Of a stretch of DNA of 64,000 bases, positions 58,354 through 64,000 are shown piece after piece. The stretch's first letter is position 1. Each line of letters opens with the position of its first letter. The notes under the pieces were generated by a model. That model was not told the origin of the DNA. It saw nothing but the letters and a program-made list of their open reading frames with translations, and made no database searches. Both the position numbers and the translations under genes were made by a program. Source of the DNA: the human T2T-CHM13v2.0 reference genome, Homo sapiens; the NCBI RefSeq assembly GCF_009914755.1, contig NC_060936.1. The stretch is one strand, 5' to 3'.

Positions 58354-59649
58354 AAGGAAGGCATAAAATGAACAAGCCTAAAATTAATTATGAAAATAAA
58401 AAGGAAATAAACAAGGAAGCACGAACTGTGCAATAGGAAAAGATGCCAAGAAAACAAGATGGGGGTAGATTTGGCAGCACTACTTCAAAGTTCTTCTGGA
58501 TATCACATCTGGTTACCCTTGATTGTTTCCATTGAATAGGCAGGTTCCTACACACCTTTGTCGACCATTCCTCTCCTTGAAGTACCACAGCTAATTAATT
58601 AACCTCTCAGGTAAGCTATCATACTTCAAAGTATGATATATTTGTGACACCTCTCTGATATATTTGTGACACCTCAAAGCTCAAAAAGATTCAATCAATT
58701 CAAGTTTTTTTATATATTTCTTTGATAAAACAATCTGGGGTTGATATCCCATCAAGATGGTAAAGAGGAAAACTGTTGCCATGTATTACTATAAAGATAT
58801 ATATACATATGTGGTATACACACACATATATATAAAAACATACATACATATACACACATACTTTTTTTAATCATAAATTTTTAGGGCATGGTTTATGTAT
58901 CAAAGAATTAACAACATTTAAATTCACAGTCCCATCACAATAGGAAAAAAGGGAAAAAACACTTCATAGAAAGGTGAAAACAATTTGAAATCACAGTGAG
59001 TAAATTTCTTATCTCAGCTGTGATCCCTGAAGATCTGAGGAAGCTATTCACTAGCTAATACAGGAAGTATGTTGCAAACAAGGAAATTAAGGTGGCCACC
59101 AGCAAAATATTATGCTCCCCTTCACTCTAACAGCAACAGGGATAGTGCCTTTAAATGTCCAAGACCTGGCACATAAAAAAGCTCATGAAAAACTAAGACA
59201 TTAAATTTAGGAGCAAATTCTTTCAGTGGTCTTGTATACTAGTCTAAGAATCTATTGCCAGAGAAGTAGGTAAGTTTTATGATCATTGAAAGTGCTCATA
59301 AAAACTTCCTTAGCAAATGGCAATATGATTTCATGGTAACTGAAATCACTGCACCAGGCTGAGATCTCAACTCTTTGATGGGGATAGGGCTGTGATCCAC
59401 TGGATGGCAGAGAAGACTGCTGAGGTGCTGCCGCTGGGACTGGAGGGCAGAAAACAGCTAGCCTAGGTGTCAATGAAAGTCTGGAGTATGTGCCCCACTG
59501 AGACCACACATCATAATTAGAGAAACCTGGCAGCTGTGAGTCAGGCAGCCATGCCATATTACCAAGAGGGAAACCGGAAGAGGAAAAGAAGACCCTTCCT
59601 CCTATACTGTTTCGCCAGTACTCTCTATTGACAGGACAAACATTGTACC

Positions 59650-62600
59650 AAAGATTAAAACCACATGCTTAAGGGGGAAAAAGAAACTTTAAAAAATCAA
59701 ATGAAAAACAAATTCAAGAATAATTAGAATAAGTAATCTAACTAAAATACAAGGAACCAGAAAAATAATTCTGGTAATACGATAAACAGGGTTCTGTAAC
59801 ACACTCAACTATCACACTAGCCCTCCAGCAATGGATGGAAACCAAGATGAAATCTTTGAAATATCAGATAAAGAATTCAAAAGGTTGATTATTAAGCTAC
59901 TCAAAGAGGTACCAGAGAAAGGTGAAAACCAACGTAAAGAAATTGAAACACAATTCAGGGTATCAGTGAAAAATTTTGTCAAGAGATAGATGTCTTAAAT
60001 AAAAACCAATCAGAATTTCTGAAAATGAAAGTCACAATTAGGGAATTACAAAATATAGCGGAAAGTTTCAACAATAGAATAGAACAAATAGAAAAAATAA
60101 TTTCAGAGTCCAAAGAAAATGCTTTTCAATTAACCCAGTCAGACAAAATAAAGAAAAAGGAATCAAAAGAAATGAGCAAAGTCTCCAAGAAATATGAGAT
60201 ATGTAAAATGGCCAAACATAAGAATAACTGGTGTTCCTGAGGGAAAAGAGAAAGCGAAAATTTGGAAAATTTAATTGAGGGAATAATTGAGGAAAATGTC
60301 TCAGGCCTTGCTAGAGATTTAGATATCCAAATATAAGAAGTTCAAAGAACTCCTTGAAGATAGATTGCAAAAAGGTCATCACCAAGGCATCAAGTCATCA
60401 GGCTGTCTAAAGTCAACATGAAGGAAAAAACTCTAAGAGAAATGAGACAAATGCATCAGGTACCCTAAAAAGGAAAACCTATCACACTAATAGCAGACTT
60501 CTTAGCAGAAACCTTACAAGAATGGATTGGGGTCCTATATTTAGCCTCCTTAAACAGAAGAACTCAGTCAAGAATTTTATATCCAGCAAAACTAAGATTC
60601 ATAAATGAAGAAGATGAAATAGTCATTTTCAGAAAAATAAATACTTAGGGAATTTGTTGCTACCAGAGCATCCCTATAAGAAATGCATTTGGGAGTTCTG
60701 AATGCTAAAGGAGTTCTAAACCTTGAAACAAAAGCTTGATATGCACCAAAATTGAACCTCTTAAAAGCATAAAGCTCACAGGGCCTATAAAACTATTTGT
60801 TTTATAACACAAAAACACACAAAACAATACAAACTATTTGTTTTATAACACAAAAACAACAGAAAAACAAAGTACCTAGATGACAATTAACATGATGAAT
60901 GGAACAGTACTTCACATCTCAATATTAACATTGAATGTAAATGGCCTAAATGCCCCACTTAAAAGATAGAGATTGGCAAAATGAATTTTAAAATCAGAAA
61001 ACAAATATCTGCTGTCTTCAAGAGACCTGCCTTACACATGAGAATTCATATAAACTGAAGGTAAAGGGTAAAAAAAGATATTCCACTCAAATGGAAACCA
61101 AAAGTGAACAGGAGTAGCTATTCTTATATCAGATAAAACAGTCTTTAAAGTAACAACTGCAAAAAAACACAAAAGAATGTCATTATATAATGATAAAAGG
61201 ATCAATCCAACAAGAATATATTACAATCCTAAATTTATATGCACCTAACACTAGAGATCCCAGATTCATAAAACAATTGCTACTTGACCTAAGAAATGAG
61301 ACAGCAACACAGTAATAGTGGGGGACTTCAGTATTCCACTGACAGCACTAAACAGGTCATTGAGACAGAAAGTCAACATAGAAACAATGGACTTAAACTG
61401 CACTATTGAAAAAATAGACCTAACATGATATTTACAGAACATTCTACCTAAGAACTGTAGAATATATATTCTTATCAGCATATGGAACATTCTCCAAGAT
61501 GGACCATACGATATGCCACCAAATAACACCCAATAAATTTTTTAAAAATCAAAATCGTACCAAATCTCTTCTCAAACCGCATTGGAATAAAGCTAGAAAT
61601 CAACTATAAAAGAAACCCCCAAAACTATAAGGATACATGAAAATTAAACAGTCTGCTCCTGAATGATTTTTGAATTAGCAATGGAAATTTTAAAATTCTT
61701 TGAAATGGATAATAGTGGCACAATTATTAAAACCTCTGGGATACAGCAAAAACAGTGCTAAGATGAAAGTTTATAGTGCCAAATGCCTACATCAAAAAGT
61801 CTGAAAGAACACAAATTAACAACCTAATGTCACACCTCTAGGAACTAGAGAAACAAGAACAAACTGAACCCAAAAGTAGCAGAAGAAAAAAAATAACAAA
61901 GACCAGAGCAGAACTAAATGAAATAGAAACAAAACAAATACAGAAGATCAATGAAACAAAAATCTGGTTCTTTGAAAAGATAAGAAAAAATTGATAGACC
62001 ATTAGCTAGATTAACCAAGAAAAGAGAGAAAAGTTTCAAATAAGCTCGATTAGAAATAAAACTGGAGACATTACAACTGACACTATAAATACAAATTATC
62101 ATTCTAGACTACCATTAACACCTATACCCACAAACTAGAAAACCTAGAGGAAATGGATACATTTCTGGAAACATATAATTCTCCAAGATTCAATCAGGAA
62201 GAACTAAAAATGCTGAACATACCAATAACAAGCAACAAGATTGAATCAGTAAAAAAAAAAATTGCCAACAACAGTAAAAAAGCTTAGGGCCAGATGGATT
62301 CACAGTTGAATTCTACTGGACATTTGTATTAGTCAAGGTTCTCTAGAGGGACACAACTAATAGGATAGATGCATATGTGAGTTTATTAGGAGAACTGACT
62401 CACACGATCACAAGGTGAAGTCCCTCAATAGGCCATCTGCAAGCTGAGGAGCCAGGAACCCAGTCTGAGTCCCAAAACCTCAAAAGTAGGGAAGCTGAGA
62501 GTGCAGCCTTCGGTCTGTGGCCAAAGGCCTGAAAGCCACTGACTAATCACTGGTGTAAGTCTAAGAGTCCAAAATCTAAAGAACTTGGAGTCTGAAGTTT

Positions 62601-63886
62601 GAGGGCAGGAAGTATCCAGCACGGGAGAAAGATGGAGGCCAGTAGACTTAGCCAGTCTAGTCTTTCCATGTTCTTCTGCCTGCTTTTATTCTGACCATGC
62701 TGGCAGCTGGTTAGATTGTGCCCATCTGGATTGAGGGTGGGTCTGCCTTTCCCAGTCCAGTGACTCAAATGTAAGTCTCCTTTATCAACACCCTCACAGA
62801 CATACCCAGGAACAATACTTTGCATCCTTCAATCCAATCAAGTGGACACTCAATATTAACCATCACAACATTCAAAGATGAACTGGTATGAATCCTACTG
62901 AAACTGTTCCTAAAGATTGAGAAAAAGAGAATTCTCCCCGAATCATTCTATGAAGCCAGCATCACCTTAATACCAAAACCAGGAAAGGACATTAACAAAA
63001 ATTAGAAAACTGCAGCCCAATATACCTGATGAACATAGATACAAAAATTGTTAACAAAATGCTAGCTAATTGAATCCAACAGCACATCAAAAAGATAATA
63101 CACCATGATTAAGTGAGTTTTATCCAGGGATGTGAGGATGGTTCAACATACACAAATCAATAACTGTGATACATCATAAAAACAGAATGAAAAACAAAAA
63201 TCATATGATCATCTCAATAGATGCAGAAAAATCATTCAATAAAATCCAGCATCCCTTTACAATAAAACCTCTTAAGAAACTAGGCATAGAAGTGACATAT
63301 CTCAAATTAATAAAAGCCATCTATGACAAACCCACAGACAACATCATACTGAATGGGGAAAAGTTGAAACCATTCCCCCTGATAACTGGAACACGGCAAG
63401 AATGCTCACTTTCACCACTTCTATTCGACATAGCACTGGAAGTTTTAGCCACAGCAATCAGGCAAGAGAAAGAAAAATAATGGGCATCCAAATTGGAGGA
63501 GAGTAAGTTAAACTATCACTGTCTGCCAATGATAGGATTGTATACCTAGAAAACCCTGAAGACTCCTCCAAAAGACTCCTAGATTTGTAAATATATTCAG
63601 TAAAGTCTCAAGTTACAAAAATCCATGTACTCAAATCAGTAACACTTCCATACACTAACAACAATGAAGGTGAACATCACATCAAGAATTCAATCCCTTT
63701 TACAACAGCTGCAAAAGATATAAATAAAAATAAAATACTTAGGAATAAACTTAACCAAATAAGTAAATGATCTCTACAAGGGTACTACAAAACACTGCTG
63801 AAGGAAACCACAGATGACACAGACAAATGGAAACACAGCCCATGTTCATAGATTGGAAGAAATAATATTGTGAAAATGACCATACT
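59650..63886 (+). mobile_element. L1PB-type LINE-1 (decayed ORF1 and ORF2); likely continues past the Alu at the window edge
   Basis: ORF1-like GGAACCAGAAAAATAATTCTGGTAAT...GATAAAGAATTCA. ORF2 start [21 protein letters not shown] at 60895. RT piece [10 protein letters not shown] (63166-63480). Confidence 0.9.
62325..62867 (-). mobile_element. MLT2A2-like (HERVL) solo LTR inserted in L1 ORF2
   Basis: TGTATTAGTCAAGGTTCTCTAGAGGGAC...AATATTAACCATCACA. 5-bp TSD ACATT (62320-62324 / 62868-62872). Confidence 0.9.
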
Positions 63887-64000
63887 GGCTGGGCGCGGTG
63901 GCTCATGCCTGTAATCTCAGCACTTTGGGAGGCCGAGGCGGGCGGATCACGATGTCAGGAGATCGAGACCATCCTGGCTAACATGGTGAAACCCCATCTC
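63887..64000 (+). mobile_element. AluY left arm, cut by the window end
   Basis: GGCTGGGCGCGGTGGCTCA...GGAGATCGAGACCATCCTGGCTAAC. Confidence 0.92.

Overview
This is primate, most likely human, genomic DNA: AT-rich, CpG-depleted and mostly interspersed repeats. I find no convincing protein-coding exon, RNA gene or CpG-island promoter, so it is intergenic or deep intronic. The ORF-track entries are L1 ORF1/ORF2 debris, Alu/LTR read-throughs or chance ORFs. Main contents: a full-length but inactivated L1PA3-type element (13.5-19.66 kb, minus); two 5'-inverted (twin-primed) L1PAs; a short L1PA2-like insertion with a 3' transduction; an older L1PB-type element; about 8 Alus including a near-consensus AluY(c1-like); a decayed ERVL-type provirus with an LTR16-like LTR; several solo LTRs; DNA-transposon fossils; and L2/MIR/L3 fragments. 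I cannot support a new biological system. The most unusual signals are structural. Two independent ancient elements (the ERVL pol gene and an L3/CR1 endonuclease fragment) have adjacent blocks swapped in order without inversion. One Alu has a T-run in place of its A-tail between its TSDs. There are also DUX4-type motifs in several LTRs and one well-formed minus-strand candidate exon in a repeat-free block. Subfamily names come from my recollection of consensus sequences, not from a search.
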